Assembly: GCF_036971445.1 (NCBI RefSeq)
Contig: NC_091476.1
Coordinates: forward strand, 21,948,001-22,012,000
Direction: 5' to 3'
Source of the DNA: Narcine bancroftii
Taxonomy: Eukaryota
Length of the DNA stretch: 64,000 bases
Position numbers and translations under genes: made by a program. Of the stretch, positions 61,301 to 64,000 are shown in pieces (positions within the stretch are counted from its first letter, which is position 1; each line of letters starts with the position of its first letter). Under the pieces are notes generated by a model. The model ran no database searches, was not told where the DNA came from, and saw only the letters and a list, made by a program, of their open reading frames with translations.

Positions 61301-63641
61301 TGTGGTTTTATTACATCAAAAATTCGTGGAGTTCAGATCCAAAATGGCAGTACCCCATTCAGCAGCCCAGACTTAGTTTGCAGGCTTTGTTGGAGGAGTG
61401 GACGAGTGCAGGTCACCAGTGCGGAAGAACATCACCTCCACTGATAAGAGGAAGGCTGGGAAAGGACCCCACAGTTAGGGGACCAAAGCCCCAGACCAGT
61501 GTGAGGCTTGGTGACCAAAGGCCTTACACCAACCTACGTGATGCTAGTGACTGGCATCTAGCAACCAGATATTGGGACCGGAGTCAAGGGTGCTATTGGT
61601 GAGCAAGGCTTCCACAGGGCCGCTGGTGCTGACAACTTTTTAATTGTTTTTGGGGCTTGGAACAAGAGATTAGGCAGGTTGACGGATGCCTCGAGCTTGG
61701 GTTCACTGCTGTACCGGACAGGGCCATGTGGCGATGGAGATTACAGGAGTACAGGAGGTGGTGGTATCAGAGGAGGTGACAGGATTCGCAGGTACTTGAC
61801 ATCCCTAAGGGGACTTTCATTTGCTTCTATCATCTTGATCGTGGTGCTGGATTAGAGGTACCTCTTTGTGGACCTTCACAGGGCAAACAAAGGAAAACAA
61901 ATTTTGTGTACATGACAACAAATGGAATCTTGAGATAAGACAAATTTAGACTGATTTATTTGAGGTGCCGAAGGGTGATTGTTAGAGATGTAAAATTATA
62001 TAAAGATGGGATAAATTGAGTCCTTCTCATGAGTCTTTCCCATGATGGAAATGTCATACTAGAGGGCAGTCATAATGAAAATGTCAAATACTAGAGGGTA
62101 GTGGCTTAAGATATGAAGGGAAATGTTTAAAGGAAGCATTTTTTTTGTATTGAGGGTGTTAGATACCTGGTAGGGAAGGTGCAGAAGCAGATATTTAAGA
62201 GGCATTAAGGCAGACACATGGACAGTCATGGAATATGGTCAATGTGTATGCAGATGAGATTAATTAGATTGATATTATGGTTGTTGCAGACATTTCTGTC
62301 CTGTACTACTCACTGTCTATCTTTGCTATGTAAAGGACACTGACCTGTTAAGCTTCTCCAACATTGTGTTTTTACTTCAACCGTGGTGTCTGCGGACTTT
62401 CGTATTGTACTTCTGTTCTCGTTCTAGATTTGATGGTGTTTTGCAAGACATTGGATTGCCTTATCCAAAATATCAGACAATATTTCTCCAGTCACCATCT
62501 TGGATCATCTACAATCACCTACATACTTAGGGAGTGGAGTTTTGAGGAAAAGATAAAACTTATGAGCTGAAGACTTTGACCACCAGCAGTCCATGAATGT
62601 CACAGTAGAGCACATCTTTAAATATCAGTGAAAGCTACATGGTGAACTGCACATGAGGAAAACCAGAAATTATGTTTATCCCTCTACTCAAAATGCCACT
62701 TGCTCCTCAATTAATTTGAAGTATATGACAAGTACAATGTAAGCAGCAAATTCCAAGGCATGACAAAGTTATGCCGTAGCAACTATGAAAGATCATGTGA
62801 CAAAGAACTTAAGAAGTAATATAATAATGATGTCCTTGAAGTTAGTAAATCTGTCATGAGATTCTATCCAAAAGTCTTCATTTCAGTGATGAGAGTCTTG
62901 GAAAAACTGAGCCTCCAAATATTTTTAGCAAAAAAGTTCTGGTAATACCTTTGGTTGCTTTGAGGGAATAGACACTTAGCATGGTGATATGTTTTTGCAT
63001 TTTGCTCCCAAGTCCTGAAGCATCATTCCTTCTCATATTGACACCTCCCGGCATGGATTGCTGCCTAAGTATCACCATTAATGCACCCATTGAATAAGTA
63101 CTGTATTTCAGTAGCTAAATGCTGCAGTATGTAGTCGTTGTTGGTGTTGGCACATTCAAAAGGTGTTTGAGCAGCAACCAATGAATGTCATAGTAGAGCA
63201 TAATGTCTCTTTAAATATCAGTGAAAGCAACATGGTGTACTGCTATTTAGAGTGTGTCAGATCCTAGGCTGCAAATTTTGCATACAACTTGTACATTTTC
63301 TACGCCTTGATGATGTATTTGTGTTTTTGTAATTTTTTTTCATATCACTGGAGTATCATACAGATTTTTTTTGAAAGGGCATGGGAAAATATTTCTTGAG
63401 CGCCTTATGGTATTTTTTTTGGTATTCATGCATCTTTTTCTCAGTCTGTATTCGTTTGTAATTAATTTAATAGCTTTGCTTTGCATTGATTGGCATATCC
63501 GATTTATTTTCTGTTCCTATCCCCAATGATTTAAGACCCTTGAAGTGCTAAGAGGTATTCACTTGCATTTTCACAATAGATAATTTCTTGATTTCTCTGG
63601 AAGTTATTGTTCATTTAAAAAAAAGCTTTTGTATTTTTCAG

Positions 63642-63798
63642 AAACAAGGATGGAAAACCGGAGCTGGATTTTGAAACGGACCAATATGATATCAGGATCC
63701 CAGATATCAATTGTGAGGAGAGTGCAGGAAAGAAGAAAAATTATAGACGGCCAGAGAGACTAGATCAGCACGTTCCTGAAAGTGACTACTCTTTAAGA
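63642..63798 (+). CDS. MORC4: MORC4 coding exon 6 (gene continues beyond the window)
   Basis: TTCAG|(R)NKDGKPELDFETDQYDIRIPDINCEESAGKKKNYRRPERLDQHVPESDYSLR|GTCAGT. Confidence 0.93.
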
Positions 63799-64000
63799 GT
63801 CAGTATTATGTGTCGATTTTTTTTTGTTATTTCAGATTTATTTCAAAAATGAGCAGTGCATAGCCTTTACATGATAATTGGTGATTCATTTTTGTTGTAT
63901 TTGTAGAAATTGAATCATGTAATATATAATCAGATAATTTTGATCACAGGCATTTGATAATATGATTTATCTTTGTTTGATGGATGATATTTGTCTACTA

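Noticed and set aside
32100-63798. Assignment as MORC3
   Set aside because: Some segments are MORC3-like ([25 protein letters not shown]), but [22 protein letters not shown] and WNIRRNK.GK.ELDF.TDQYDI plus adjacency to RBM41 favour MORC4; a phylogeny is needed to settle it.

Overview
Vertebrate nuclear DNA, most likely a cartilaginous fish (inferred from the repeat content: V-SINE/HE1-like SINEs, CR1, Rex/Babar, RTE, Penelope, Gypsy, Tigger). Three spliced genes can be reconstructed by hand. (1) The first coding exon of COX11 (- strand, 958-1272). (2) A complete 7-exon RBM41 (+ strand, 6102-24365, 397 aa; paralog of the minor-spliceosome protein U11/U12-65K), head-to-head with COX11 across a CpG-rich promoter with ZNF143 and NRF1-like motifs. 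(3) The first six coding exons of a MORC-family GHKL ATPase, most likely MORC4 (+ strand, 32100 to beyond 63798), which include a clear U12-type AT-AC intron (57272-57680). Most of the remainder is transposon debris. The leads most worth checking are: a decayed two-RGS-domain reading frame in COX11 intron 1; a candidate frameshifting cassette exon followed by several stem-loops in RBM41 intron 4; three closely spaced candidate 3' splice sites in the MORC4 minor intron, next door to RBM41; MORC4 leader repeats complementary to its own start codon; and a MER2/Tigger-like palindrome nested in a MITE. Homology calls come from remembered sequences, not database searches, and repeat boundaries are approximate.
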